Below are positions 46,812-56,843 of a stretch of DNA of 64,000 bases, piece by piece. Numbering within the stretch: the first letter of the stretch is position 1; each line of letters starts with the position of its first letter. The notes under the pieces were generated by a model. The model was not told the DNA's origin. It did not search any database and saw nothing but the letters and a program-made list of their open reading frames with translations. The stretch is taken from IMG/VR virus record IMGVR_UViG_3300025889_000002, positions 16,573 through 80,572 of that record. One strand, 5' to 3'. A program made the translations under genes and the position numbers. This DNA comes from a virus.

Positions 46812-47512
46812 TGATCCTCCCCCAAGCAGCAATGGCCGCAGTCGATCCGGTTGCACAGGCTCTTGCGCCGCCTGAAGCCTTCGTCTGGGGGCACGGCGGG
46901 CTCAAGATGACCCCGCAACAGGCCATGATGCAGCGGGAGCGCGGTATCGCCCGATCGCAAGGTGACTTTTCGCCTATCCAGAATTGGACGCAGGGCTTGG
47001 GCCGTGTGGCCGAGAATGTGCTTGGCGCCCTTGAGGCACGCAAGGCGGATAAGGCTCTTGCTGCAGGTGCGGAAGCCGATCGAGGGCTTGCAGAGGCTAT
47101 CGCTGCTGGAGGTGTGGATGATGCCACCATTGCCCGGGCGCTGATGGATCCGAATGTGGGTCAGGGCGTGCGCGAATTCGCGGGCATGGAATATGCGGCA
47201 CGTAGGCCAAAGGCGGCGGCTCCTACCAACATCGAAAAGCTTATGATCTCGCGCGGCATTCAGCCCGGTTCGCCGGAATGGAATCGCACGCTTGACGCGG
47301 CCCTGCAGAACGAAACCGATCCGTTCGTGACGTTCCAGGGTCCGACCTATGGTTATACCGGCAGGCAATCTGGTCTTGCCGCTGCAATGCAGGGAGGAGG
47401 TGGTCCGGTATCTGGAGCGCAGCCGGGTGGTGAGCCCCCGGCAGTGCTTCCCCCTGACTTTGACTTCGGGGAAGGAGGTCAGGCGTCCGCGCCTGATCCC
47501 TTTCGGCGCTAG
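46811..47512 (+). CDS. Ejection protein 2
   Basis: Homolog of 7551-8315. Confidence 0.6.
   Translation: MILPQAAMAAVDPVAQALAPPEAFVWGHGGLKMTPQQAMMQRERGIARSQGDFSPIQNWTQGLGRVAENVLGALEARKADKALAAGAEADRGLAEAIAAGGVDDATIARALMDPNVGQGVREFAGMEYAARRPKAAAPTNIEKLMISRGIQPGSPEWNRTLDAALQNETDPFVTFQGPTYGYTGRQSGLAAAMQGGGGPVSGAQPGGEPPAVLPPDFDFGEGGQASAPDPFRR
47473..47504 (+). other. Putative +1 frameshift signal
   Basis: Identical to 8273-8304. Confidence 0.55.
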
Positions 47513-47519
47513 CGGCTCA

Positions 47520-47891
47520 ATGCTTGATAACATCACCGCTCAGACCGAGAGCAACAACCGCAACTATGCCAACGGCCGGCCTGTGACCTCGCCTGCGGGG
47601 GCTATGTTCGCCATGCAGGTTATGCCTGCGACTGCGCGTGACCCCGGGTTTGGGTTGCGCCCCGCCAATCCGAGTGATGCAAACGACATGAACCGCCTTG
47701 GCCGTGAATATCGCGCCAAGATGGAGCAGCGCTACGGCGGCGATCTTAGCAAGATGTGGGGAGCCTATAACGCAGGGCCGGGGCGTGTAGACGATCTCAT
47801 TCGCCAATACGGCAATGATTGGCTAAGGTATGCCCCCGCTGAAACTCGCAATTATGTGTCCAAAAACATTCGCGCTCTAAGGGGCAAGTAA
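47520..47891 (+). CDS. Lytic transglycosylase (SLT domain)
   Basis: TES, MQVMPATA, AYNAGPGRV, ETRNYV. Confidence 0.9.
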   Translation: MLDNITAQTESNNRNYANGRPVTSPAGAMFAMQVMPATARDPGFGLRPANPSDANDMNRLGREYRAKMEQRYGGDLSKMWGAYNAGPGRVDDLIRQYGNDWLRYAPAETRNYVSKNIRALRGK

Positions 47892-50692
47892 TGCCGACAA
47901 AGACTTATCAGGGCTACACCTACGAACAGCAGGCAGACGGCAGCTGGGCGCGCATTGGTTCCGCTTCCGCACAGGGCGCGGTGTTCCAGACCAATCCGAA
48001 CGCCTCTGCCGAACAGGCGCGCGAAGATGAGCGCCTGCGCAATGAGCGTCGGCGTCTGCAGATCACCGAAGACAATGCAATGCGCCAAGCGGAAAAGGAC
48101 CGTATTGCGTTAGACAAGGATTCGGCTGAAGTCGCTCAGAAGGATAAAGAATCGGCAGCCTTGGAGGCTGCGCAGCGCGCACAGGTTCGCGAGACTGCGG
48201 CCACCATGCGCACGGTCATCGAGAAAGCCAAGCAGGCTAAGGCGCGGTCTAACGACTGGTTTGCCACAGGGTTTGGCGCAGAGACGGCTTTGGGGATAGG
48301 TGGTAGCGCAGCGCAGGATGTGCGTGAACTTCTGGCGCCGATAAAAGCCAATCAGGCATTCACGACTTTGCAGAAGATGCGTGAGGCTTCGCCTACTGGC
48401 GGTGCTTTGGGTGCGGTTTCCGAACGTGAACTGGCATTGCTACAAAGCACGATCACAGGTCTTGAGCAGACGCAATCTGATGCGCAATTCCAATATGCGA
48501 TGGATGAAGTTGTCCAGCGCTACACCCGCGCGCTTGCTGCGCTTGAAGATTCGGACAGGTATTACCGCGAGAACGGCTCGCTTGAAGGATATGTCGGGCC
48601 TTCGGAAGAATACCTTAACAGCTACAACCCGAGCGATCCCAAGCCCGCCACTGCAGCAGGACAGGGTGCTACACAGACAAGCCTAGAACTGCCGCAGGAA
48701 TACCAGGATCGGCACGCGGCCTATCTGCGCGAGAACTGGGGCAACATCACGCCCGACGGCTATGCGCAATTCCGTGCGGGGCTCGATAACCAATTCTCAG
48801 ACGTGGCATCGCCTAATATCGAAGCCTATCGCGACATTGTTCCTGCCCTCAACCAGATGGCGGCGGAAGGCCAACCTCCTGAAGCGGCCGGACAAGTTCC
48901 GCCTGCGGTGCGCGATCTCTCGGGCAGCGAACAAGCGGTAAACGATTTCGTCACAAGCCCGTTCGGCACCGGCGCCACATCAGCGATCAACAGCGCCACG
49001 TTCGGCATTCCTGATGCTTTGGCTGGCCGGCGCCTTCAGGCTGCGCAGGAACTCAACCCCAAATCTGCCTTTGCCGGTGACTTCTTGGGTGGCGCTGTAG
49101 GCTCCGCTCTAGGGGGCACAGGACTTGCGGCAGCTGGTGTAGGGCGTGCGGCACCTTTCCTTGGCGATGCGCTCTACGGGACCACATACGGCGCTCTGAG
49201 TGATGAAGACCCTGTAACGGGCGCCCTGATCGGTCTGGGTTCGTCTATCGTGGGCGATCAGGTGGGCAAGTATGCGGGGCGCGGCATCAATTCGCTTCGC
49301 GCTCCTGAAAATGCACTGAGTGAAGGCCAGCAGGCTATCACGCAGACTGTTCGCCAAGCGGATAATCAGGACGTCATTGCGCAGGCTTTAATGCAGGCGC
49401 GCGATCTTGGTGTGCCGATGACGCTGGCCGATGCTTCGCCGGAACTGCAGTCTCTTGCCGGTTCCGCTGCTCGTTTCTCGCCTACCACGGCCGGCACGGC
49501 GCGCTCGGTCATGGCAACCCGCAATCAAGGGCAAATCGATCGACTGGCTGAAGCGGTGGCGCGCGACCTTGGCCCTGTCGAGAACATCCCGCAGCGCAGC
49601 GCCGACCTGATGCAGCAGGCTCGCACGAATGCAGGGCCGTTGTATGACGCGGCCTATTCAGCCCCGGGCGCTGAGATGGTGGACCTTGGCGACCTTGCTG
49701 ACCGTCCGACCTTTGAAGCGGCCTTGCGTGAGGCATATAACGAGGTCCTTGATGAAGGTCTGGATCCGTCTGCAGTTGGATTGCAGGGTGTTGGCGATAG
49801 TGTAGTGCTGGCTCAACCGTCATGGCAGGCCCTCGACTATGCCAAGCGTGGGCTCGACAATATCATTGAATCGAACACTGATATTTCAGGCAAGGTTTCT
49901 CCTGCGGGCCGCCGTGCGTTGCAGATGAAGAATGACCTTCTTTCCCGCATGGATGCCGCAAACCCGGATTATGCTGCTGCCCGTCAGGCTTTCGCAGGAC
50001 CAGCGCAAGAGCGCGCGTTTATGCAGCGCGGGACAGAGGCCTACAACACCCGCCCTGATCAGCTTGGCGTCGATACTGCTAACCTGACGCCCGAACAGCG
50101 CCAGCAGATGCAGCTTGGCTTTCAATCGGAAGTAATGGGCCGTGCGGGCAACCTTCGCGGAAACACAAATCCATGGGGGCAATTGAACACGCCAAACATG
50201 GAAGGGCGCATGGGGGCACTCTATGGCGAAGATGCAGACATTGCCCGTTTACTGACGCAGCGCGACCTTGAATTGCAACTGGCCGGCAGCGCCAATCGTC
50301 TGATTGGTAATAGCGCCACGGCCGAGCGCGAGATTGCCGACGAGTTCTTCAAGAAACGGAACGGCATGGGAGGCGATGTCGCTATGGGTATTGTCGAGAC
50401 AGGCGCTCTAGGTGGTCCTTGGCTGACTGTCGGCAAGGGCATTGCTGACCGTGTATTCAAGGACAAGCGCGAAGCCGCGGCTGCTGCTGCCAATCGTTCG
50501 CTTGCCGATGACCTTGGCCCGCTCTTGCTCGATCAGAACCCGCAAGGGGCGGTTGATTCCCTGTCGTCCATGATGGCACAGGATGCTGAGTATCGCGCTA
50601 TCGTGGAAGCGCTGACCAATCAGGGCGATAAGTGGGGCCGCCGGGCTGGAATGGGCCTTAGCACTGCAACTACGGACAGGATTGCTTACTAA
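47891..50692 (+). CDS. Large ejection protein 3
   Basis: Homolog of 8697-11453. Confidence 0.65.
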   Translation: MPTKTYQGYTYEQQADGSWARIGSASAQGAVFQTNPNASAEQAREDERLRNERRRLQITEDNAMRQAEKDRIALDKDSAEVAQKDKESAALEAAQRAQVRETAATMRTVIEKAKQAKARSNDWFATGFGAETALGIGGSAAQDVRELLAPIKANQAFTTLQKMREASPTGGALGAVSERELALLQSTITGLEQTQSDAQFQYAMDEVVQRYTRALAALEDSDRYYRENGSLEGYVGPSEEYLNSYNPSDPKPATAAGQGATQTSLELPQEYQDRHAAYLRENWGNITPDGYAQFRAGLDNQFSDVASPNIEAYRDIVPALNQMAAEGQPPEAAGQVPPAVRDLSGSEQAVNDFVTSPFGTGATSAINSATFGIPDALAGRRLQAAQELNPKSAFAGDFLGGAVGSALGGTGLAAAGVGRAAPFLGDALYGTTYGALSDEDPVTGALIGLGSSIVGDQVGKYAGRGINSLRAPENALSEGQQAITQTVRQADNQDVIAQALMQARDLGVPMTLADASPELQSLAGSAARFSPTTAGTARSVMATRNQGQIDRLAEAVARDLGPVENIPQRSADLMQQARTNAGPLYDAAYSAPGAEMVDLGDLADRPTFEAALREAYNEVLDEGLDPSAVGLQGVGDSVVLAQPSWQALDYAKRGLDNIIESNTDISGKVSPAGRRALQMKNDLLSRMDAANPDYAAARQAFAGPAQERAFMQRGTEAYNTRPDQLGVDTANLTPEQRQQMQLGFQSEVMGRAGNLRGNTNPWGQLNTPNMEGRMGALYGEDADIARLLTQRDLELQLAGSANRLIGNSATAEREIADEFFKKRNGMGGDVAMGIVETGALGGPWLTVGKGIADRVFKDKREAAAAAANRSLADDLGPLLLDQNPQGAVDSLSSMMAQDAEYRAIVEALTNQGDKWGRRAGMGLSTATTDRIAY

Positions 50693-50955
50693 GCGAAGGC
50701 GTTAAGAACGGCGACAATTCCAAGCGCCGCCACCGCCCAAGGCACAAGCATGAATTCCATTCGATCGGATGCCGCCCGATAGCCTGCGAGAAACGCTAGC
50801 TGGCGATCCTTCTGGCGGTATGTCTTGGAGGCTTGCTCAAGGGCTTTGCGCTCATGGCGTGACCTTAGATATTTCTCGGAATCCAGTTCGCTGAACCGTG
50901 CGCGCTGCAGTTCCTGCTCAATCTGCGCAATGGTGTGTTTCGGAGCCGGTTCCAT
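50689..50955 (-). CDS. Small membrane-anchored protein (superinfection-exclusion candidate)
   Basis: Homolog of 11430-11693; TTGTTA-17-TAGCAA promoter. Confidence 0.65.
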   Translation of the reverse strand: MEPAPKHTIAQIEQELQRARFSELDSEKYLRSRHERKALEQASKTYRQKDRQLAFLAGYRAASDRMEFMLVPWAVAALGIVAVLNAFA

Positions 50956-51060
50956 GCCCCTATTGCTAGCACACCGCCTTTGATGTAACAAGCACATGAG
51001 AAATTGCGCGGTTGAATTTACCTCACGCGCTTGTGTTCCAACGCAAGCGGAGTTTGGCCT

Positions 51061-51843
51061 GTGCCAAGAGATTCAAACGGCGACTATGATCTTCCCCCGG
51101 GTAGTATAGTCAATACTGGGGATGACGTTCTTCCCAGCCAGCACAATCCACCCCTGCAAGACCTGGCGCAAGCCATGGGCAATTCCCTCGACCGCGACGG
51201 TAAGGGCGGGATGCGTGCCGATCTACCGATGAATGGCAACAAGATCACCGACGTTGCACCGGGGACCAATCCCACGGACGTGGCGACGGTAAGCCAGATC
51301 GTAGGTGGTTCGAATATTCCTATCGGCGTGGTGGTGGACTTTTGGGGCTCAACTCCCCCTGAAAACTATCTGTTCGCCGCGGGGCAAGAGGTCAGCCGTT
51401 CGACGTATGCTGCCCTGTTTGCCGTTATCGGAACAAATGCAGGCGCAGGGGACGGTTCCACGACATTCAATCTTCCCGATTACCGCGGCAGGATCGGTGC
51501 TGGACGTGAAAGCATGGCTACACCTGCCACGACGCGCCTCAACACACTGTCATCGTCTACCTTGGGGGCGGCAGGTGGTGCCCAGACGCACACTCTGACT
51601 GAAGCGCAGATGCCAGCGCACAATCACTCGGTTACAGATCCCGGCCACACGCATTCCTATCAGCGCGCCACGGTACAGGGCAATGTCGGCGCGGAAGGGG
51701 GTATCACTTCTTCGACCACTGTCACTTCTGCCAGCACGGTCAGCGCCACAACCGGCATTACCATCGCCAGCAAGGGCGGCGGCGAAGCGCACAACAACGT
51801 GCAGCCTACTATCATTTGCAATAAAATTATCAGGATAGCATAG
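51061..51843 (+). CDS. Tail fibre protein with tail-collar domain
   Basis: Homolog of 11791-12576. Confidence 0.85.
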   Translation: MPRDSNGDYDLPPGSIVNTGDDVLPSQHNPPLQDLAQAMGNSLDRDGKGGMRADLPMNGNKITDVAPGTNPTDVATVSQIVGGSNIPIGVVVDFWGSTPPENYLFAAGQEVSRSTYAALFAVIGTNAGAGDGSTTFNLPDYRGRIGAGRESMATPATTRLNTLSSSTLGAAGGAQTHTLTEAQMPAHNHSVTDPGHTHSYQRATVQGNVGAEGGITSSTTVTSASTVSATTGITIASKGGGEAHNNVQPTIICNKIIRIA

Positions 51844-51844
51844 C

Positions 51845-53923
51845 ATGGCGACCATTCGACCAGACGACCTTCCTGCCGCCTCTACGGTAAGCAACACCGA
51901 CGCGTTTGTAGTAGACCGGGGTAGTGCAGTCCAAAAGGCTACGCCTTCGCAGATCGTCGATGCAGCAACCCCTCTCGCTTCACAAGCTGAGGCTGAGGCT
52001 GGAACAGACAATGCCAAGCGCGTCACCCCTTTGCGGGTTAAGCAGGCTATCGATGCGATTGGTATCTCTGCGGATTCGCTGGCAGCTGGATTAGCCACCA
52101 AGGCTGACGCAGCCGCGACCACTGCCGCCCTTTCGGTAAAAGTCACCGCAACAGCGGCAAAAAGCGACGTTGCCAACCTCGGCGCATCCGGCCCTCGCAC
52201 GGTCACGCTTGGCGGCGATAACTTCGACCGTTCATCCAGCGACCTTTCTGCATGGGTCGATCGAGATCCTACGAACAGCGTAATCATCCCCTTTGCCAGC
52301 GACACCACGGGCGCATCGGGCGGTTATGTTCGCAGGGGTCCGTGGGCGCTTGGGACCGTCTATGCAACATGGTTCGGGTTTGTGGCCGACAGCACGGGCG
52401 CGGCAGGCAACGGAACGGATAACACTGCTGCACTTCAGGCCGCCATTGATTTTGTGTGTCCTTTTATCTGGCAGGGCGGAACCCGCGCAACCGAATTGCA
52501 GGGAAGCTTTTCGGGTGAGGTAATCCTGCCCAAAGGCATCGGGCGCATCACCGACAAGATCAAGCTTGCTCCAAACCTTTCCCTTCGCGGGCAGGGATGT
52601 GCAAACGACTGGACAGTCCGCACGGGTATTGCAGGGGTAGCATCTGGCACCGAGCGCATGGGTAGCGCACTGTTCTGCGATATCAACGATTTTACCACAT
52701 ACGCTCTCGACACATGCCCTTACGATAATACAGGCGTTCGCCTCGACGACACTACGGTAGAGGGTGGAGACAGCTCAAGCGGACTCAAGACGCAGGTTTC
52801 GAACGTCCAGATTTCCGCCCTGACGATTTACGGCAACTGGACGTGCAAGGGCGTGAACCTCGCGGGCGCGGAAAGCTGCAAGATCGCAAGCGACGTGCTT
52901 ATTCGCGGATTTACAGTAGGCGTGCGATGTTCTGCGACATGGTACGCTAAAATCTACTGCCGCATCCTTCACAATTGGCGCGGTCTCATCGGCTATCTGT
53001 CGGGCACGGATATTGATATTTCCGGCGCTTCGTTCTGGAAGCCTGTCGAGGCTCCTGTCTACGATCCTGCGGTTAGTGGGTATGACGGCACCGAACCGAC
53101 GATCGATGCTTGGTGGACGGCAGCGGCCCTGAAGCGCACCGCGCATATCTTCAACTTCTACTGCAACATTACGGGCACGAATGTCGGCGCCGAGCTTGGC
53201 GATGTGATGTTCATGTCGAAGAACGGCGTTGCCAACCTCACCGGGATTTACACCGAAGGCGCAACCTTCACGACCATATTCACCGAAGGCCCGGACCAGC
53301 AGAACGAGTTCTACCAGTTCGATACGACAGTTTCGGCCAGTGTGCCGCTGCTCTATTCGAAGAATGCGCGCATTCAGGTCGATGTAGCCCACCACAACAA
53401 CCAGAACGGATATTCTGCGGTTATCGGCGATCTGGTCAACTCGATCGGCTACGAAGGCTTGCCCGTCCTTAATGGGGTCAAGCTGACCGGCTCGGACGTG
53501 TTTACCGATCCGAGCATCGCTTATGGCGGGTTGCGTCAGTATCAAGGGCCATGGTCGCCCGTTCCCAAGTTCGGCGGCACGGCAGGGGATAGCGGGAGCG
53601 GCACGAAAACAGGCCGCTGGGTGCGCATCGGCAACACGGTGACTGTGTGGGGCTACGTCACGATCCAGACGCTCAACGGCGCTGCATCGGGCGCGTTCAC
53701 CATCGATGGCCTGCCCTTTGTAATCCGCAACGTTTTTGGTCTCGACTCCTGTGCCGATGTTGCTTTCTCTTTCGGCACGCCGGCTCTCACAAAAGGACGC
53801 GGGGAAGCTGGCGGATATGCTATCAAGTTCGATGGCATCACGAAAACCGGCTTTTCCAGCGGTGCTGACATTCGTTTCCAGATGACCTATGAAACGACAG
53901 AACTAGGCCCATGGGGATGGTAA
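51845..53923 (+). CDS. Tailspike / receptor-binding protein
   Basis: N-terminal ~85 aa shared with 12576; ATWFG..DNTAALQAAID; divergent body. Confidence 0.75.
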   Translation: MATIRPDDLPAASTVSNTDAFVVDRGSAVQKATPSQIVDAATPLASQAEAEAGTDNAKRVTPLRVKQAIDAIGISADSLAAGLATKADAAATTAALSVKVTATAAKSDVANLGASGPRTVTLGGDNFDRSSSDLSAWVDRDPTNSVIIPFASDTTGASGGYVRRGPWALGTVYATWFGFVADSTGAAGNGTDNTAALQAAIDFVCPFIWQGGTRATELQGSFSGEVILPKGIGRITDKIKLAPNLSLRGQGCANDWTVRTGIAGVASGTERMGSALFCDINDFTTYALDTCPYDNTGVRLDDTTVEGGDSSSGLKTQVSNVQISALTIYGNWTCKGVNLAGAESCKIASDVLIRGFTVGVRCSATWYAKIYCRILHNWRGLIGYLSGTDIDISGASFWKPVEAPVYDPAVSGYDGTEPTIDAWWTAAALKRTAHIFNFYCNITGTNVGAELGDVMFMSKNGVANLTGIYTEGATFTTIFTEGPDQQNEFYQFDTTVSASVPLLYSKNARIQVDVAHHNNQNGYSAVIGDLVNSIGYEGLPVLNGVKLTGSDVFTDPSIAYGGLRQYQGPWSPVPKFGGTAGDSGSGTKTGRWVRIGNTVTVWGYVTIQTLNGAASGAFTIDGLPFVIRNVFGLDSCADVAFSFGTPALTKGRGEAGGYAIKFDGITKTGFSSGADIRFQMTYETTELGPWGW

Positions 53924-54033
53924 TGCAGAAGCCCAAACCTACGACGCATAATTACATGGAGTGCGGTGGTCCGCCTCCTGAAGAACGGTATTGGGAAAAG
54001 GACAAGCCCAAACCGCGTAAGGCACGCAAGTGA
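53923..54033 (+). CDS. 36-aa Pro/Lys-rich peptide
   Basis: Overlaps flanking genes via TAATG and GTGA. Confidence 0.45.
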   Translation: MQKPKPTTHNYMECGGPPPEERYWEKDKPKPRKARK

Positions 54034-54122
54034 AAACTGTTCTCGCCGCTATCGGTCTGCTATGGATCGTGAGTAGCCTGGAGCGTCACCGACGTTTCTG
54101 GGCTGCGGCAAGACTTTGGTAA
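54030..54122 (+). CDS. 30-aa hydrophobic peptide
   Basis: Homolog of 14499-14591. Confidence 0.7.
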   Translation: MKTVLAAIGLLWIVSSLERHRRFWAAARLW

Positions 54123-54134
54123 AGGAAACACATT

Positions 54135-54251
54135 ATGGCCCTGCCACCGCCTCCACCGCCACCCGCTCCCCCGAGCCCGCCAGATATCCCCGAGGGTCGC
54201 AGCGTGAAGAACCCGAAAACCAAAAAGACCAAGAAGTCCAAGAAGGACTGA
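54135..54251 (+). CDS. 38-aa polyproline/Lys-rich peptide
   Basis: AAGGA RBS; MALPPPPPPPAPPSPP...KTKKTKKSKKD. Confidence 0.55.
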   Translation: MALPPPPPPPAPPSPPDIPEGRSVKNPKTKKTKKSKKD

Positions 54252-54252
54252 C

Positions 54253-54696
54253 ATGATCGAGGCGCTGACATACGCGTCTTACGTTGCCTTAGCCCTTGCT
54301 GCATGGACCGCTTTCCAAGGTGGACCGTCAGCAGGGGCTTTGGTTGCGAGTAACGTTGTGGCGCGCCTTGTCTACACGATTGGCCTGCCGGTGACGTACG
54401 ACCTCCTTTTCATCTTAGACATTCTAGTGATCGTTTTCATCTACGCAGGCATGGTGCGCAGAGGGCGCCCGCTACTGAGGGAGGCGGCAATCATCCTGCT
54501 GTTCCCGATAGCATGGCGGTTTTACTGGTTGCCGGCTGAAGAACAGTACGTTGCTTTTTGCGTGATAACGTCTGTCGTGATAGTACAACTTATGCTGACG
54601 CTTCCTTTGATGACAATACGTTACCGGGCATTAAAGGCGTTGGGTCGCAATGGGCCGATGATCGAACCGTCACGGCTGGAGAAAACGCATGCCTGA
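54253..54696 (+). CDS. Multi-pass membrane protein
   Basis: 4-5 hydrophobic segments. Confidence 0.65.
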   Translation: MIEALTYASYVALALAAWTAFQGGPSAGALVASNVVARLVYTIGLPVTYDLLFILDILVIVFIYAGMVRRGRPLLREAAIILLFPIAWRFYWLPAEEQYVAFCVITSVVIVQLMLTLPLMTIRYRALKALGRNGPMIEPSRLEKTHA

Positions 54697-55009
54697 CGGG
54701 AATGATCTACAAAGGGAAATAGTATTTCGCGGGATGGCCGAGCAGCTTCTTGAGCAATGGGAAGCGAAGCAGTCAGCCAAGAAAAGCCCTTTCAACCTTA
54801 CCAATCTAACAAGCATCATGGCCCTGCTGATTTCGGTGGGGACGTTGATCTGGCAATCGGCCATTACGACCGATCGGGTGGAGCGCAACACATCGCGGCT
54901 GGAAAAGCTTGAACAAAGCAATCTGACGGCAGACTTTGCGCGCTTGGAGGCAAAGGTGGATCTGCTGCTTGAGGACAGGGCTCGCAACATAAACACGGGA
55001 GTAAGGTGA
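54689..55009 (+). CDS. Single-TM lysis-region protein
   Basis: TM plus coiled coil, upstream of lysozyme. Confidence 0.55.
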   Translation: MPDGNDLQREIVFRGMAEQLLEQWEAKQSAKKSPFNLTNLTSIMALLISVGTLIWQSAITTDRVERNTSRLEKLEQSNLTADFARLEAKVDLLLEDRARNINTGVR

Positions 55010-55010
55010 C

Positions 55011-55580
55011 GTGGACAGAAAGCCGATATTTGATGAATTACGCGCCATTCTTGGACGTGGTCTGACGCAAGCCGAAGTCGATAGCATGGACACTGCTATA
55101 GACGCCGCTGAAGGCATTATCGTGGTTCGGCCACCCAAACCCAAGGGCCGCCAGATAAACGCAGCAGGCGAGCGTCTGATCAAGTCCTTTGAGGGATTGG
55201 AGTTGGAAGCCTATCCAGACCCCGGGACAGGCGGTGAGCCGTGGACTATCGGATGGGGGCATACGGGCGGCGTGAGCCGTGGAGATCGCGTCACGGAAGA
55301 AGAAGCCGATGATCTGTTCGACAACGACACCGATCGCTTTGAAGCTGCTGTAGAACGCTTGGCACCCAAGGCCACTGACAACCAGTTCGCGGCGCTTGTC
55401 TCGTTTGCCTACAATCTGGGTGAAGGCAATCTGGAAAAGTCCACGCTGCTGAAGAAGCACAACGCGGGTGACTATGCAGGTGCGGCCAAAGAATTTCCCA
55501 GATGGAACCGCGCAAATGGCAAGGTTATGCGCGGCCTGACCCGCCGTCGTGAAGCCGAGCGCAAGCTGTATCTGTCATGA
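55011..55580 (+). CDS. Endolysin, GH24 lysozyme
   Basis: LIKSFEG..AYPDP..WTIGWGHT, ALVSFAYNLG, GLTRRREAE. Confidence 0.95.
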   Translation: MDRKPIFDELRAILGRGLTQAEVDSMDTAIDAAEGIIVVRPPKPKGRQINAAGERLIKSFEGLELEAYPDPGTGGEPWTIGWGHTGGVSRGDRVTEEEADDLFDNDTDRFEAAVERLAPKATDNQFAALVSFAYNLGEGNLEKSTLLKKHNAGDYAGAAKEFPRWNRANGKVMRGLTRRREAERKLYLS

Positions 55581-55987
55581 CGATCCGCAACTCGATCCGC
55601 ACATGGGCACTGGTCGCCGTATTTGTGAGCAGCCTTTTCACAATCGGCGCGGCGCTATGGATTATCAAGATCCTGTCGGCGCGGAATTGGTGTGCGGATA
55701 TGCTTGGCGCATCGAAGTACGTGGACGGTCGGCCTGACTTCGCGGTCATGGCATGCAAGGAACTGGCGCTTCAGAACGCCGACAAGCTTGGCGATGCCCT
55801 GACAATCGCGATGGGCGTCCAGGCTGTCGCGCTGCTTGTGCTGGTGGTAATCGTGCTTGCAGGCGGTCGCTTGTCATTCAAGGCGGGCAAAGAAGGCGTA
55901 TCAGCCAACATGTCACGTGAAGAAGCGGCGCAACAGGTGGCGGATGCCGCCGAGAATGAGGCGCGCGAGATTTCAGGTGATCGCTAA
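55577..55987 (+). CDS. Two-TM membrane protein (holin candidate)
   Basis: Two hydrophobic helices and a charged C-terminus. Confidence 0.5.
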   Translation: MTIRNSIRTWALVAVFVSSLFTIGAALWIIKILSARNWCADMLGASKYVDGRPDFAVMACKELALQNADKLGDALTIAMGVQAVALLVLVVIVLAGGRLSFKAGKEGVSANMSREEAAQQVADAAENEAREISGDR

Positions 55988-56089
55988 AACCATTTCGCGC
56001 CGGATACGAACTAGGCTATGGTACGCCGCCCCAGTGATAGGGCTGGCCTTGGGCTGTCTTGGGTATGCGATTTATATAGGAGTGACGGG

Positions 56090-56461
56090 ATGATTAAGGC
56101 TTTCTTCGGTCCCATCGTGAACCGTATCTTCGCAGGCGTCGTTTTCGCGCTGCTTGCCGCTCTCGGCATTGCCCTGTGGTCGAATGCGGCCAAGGATCGC
56201 GAGAATGACCGCCTCCGCAACACTCTCGCAGTCTCGGAAGCACAGCACAGCGTAACAGCAGCGTCTCTGGATGCCCTGACGCGCCGGATGCAGCAGCTTG
56301 TCGATGAAGGCAAGCTACGCCAGAGCCTTTTGGAAGACGCCATGAAGGACGCGGAAGCGGAAGCGGAAGACTTGCAGGACGAAGCCGATGCACTGCGCAA
56401 GGAAGGCGTGGTCGATCAGTGTGTGACGCCAGCTGGGGTGCTGCGCTCGAAAGGGCTTTAG
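56090..56461 (+). CDS. Inner-membrane spanin (Rz-like)
   Basis: Homolog of 16394-16765. Confidence 0.65.
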   Translation: MIKAFFGPIVNRIFAGVVFALLAALGIALWSNAAKDRENDRLRNTLAVSEAQHSVTAASLDALTRRMQQLVDEGKLRQSLLEDAMKDAEAEAEDLQDEADALRKEGVVDQCVTPAGVLRSKGL

Positions 56462-56464
56462 GGG

Positions 56465-56561
56465 TGCTGCGGTTCTTGGTGGGATTCGAACCCACGGCGG
56501 GGGCTTCTAACCCCTGCGGAATCAAACCTGCCTTAGACCACTCAGCCACAAGGCCGCAGCA
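56465..56561 (-). ncRNA. tRNA-like RNA (Ser/Leu-type scaffold, truncated anticodon arm)
   Basis: TGGCTGAGTGGTCTAAGGC D arm, long variable hairpin, GTGGG-TTCGAAT-CCCAC T arm, TGCTGCGG/CCGCAGCA closing stem. Confidence 0.7.
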
Positions 56562-56573
56562 AGGAGAAACTAG

Positions 56574-56843
56574 ATGAAACGCATTGCCATCGCAAGCCTG
56601 TTATTGCTTTCCGCCTGCAACCATCCGCAGCCGGGGATTTCCGTGCGTACTGTGGAGGTCCCGGTTCCTCAGCCTTGTTTAAAATCAGCGGATATTCCTC
56701 CCGAACCAGCCCAAGTAGGCGACCAGCTAACCGGCAATGCCGCGTCCGACCTGCTTATCGTGGCTGCATCTGCTCTGGAATTGCGGGCTGCGGTGATCAC
56801 CATGCGTGCAGCCCTTATGGCTTGTGCGAGTGATGGGGGTTAG
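56574..56843 (+). CDS. Outer-membrane spanin lipoprotein (Rz1-like)
   Basis: Lipobox LSAC; homolog of 16896. Confidence 0.8.
   Translation: MKRIAIASLLLLSACNHPQPGISVRTVEVPVPQPCLKSADIPPEPAQVGDQLTGNAASDLLIVAASALELRAAVITMRAALMACASDGG

Noticed and set aside
51845-53923. Diversity-generating retroelement or invertible tail-fibre cassette
   Set aside because: No reverse transcriptase, invertase, TR/VR pair or inverted repeats seen.
56465-56561. Functional tRNA-Ser(TGA) or attP/attB site
   Set aside because: Anticodon stem is only ~2 bp, acceptor stem is mismatched, there is no second copy and no integrase; kept as a tRNA-like RNA instead.
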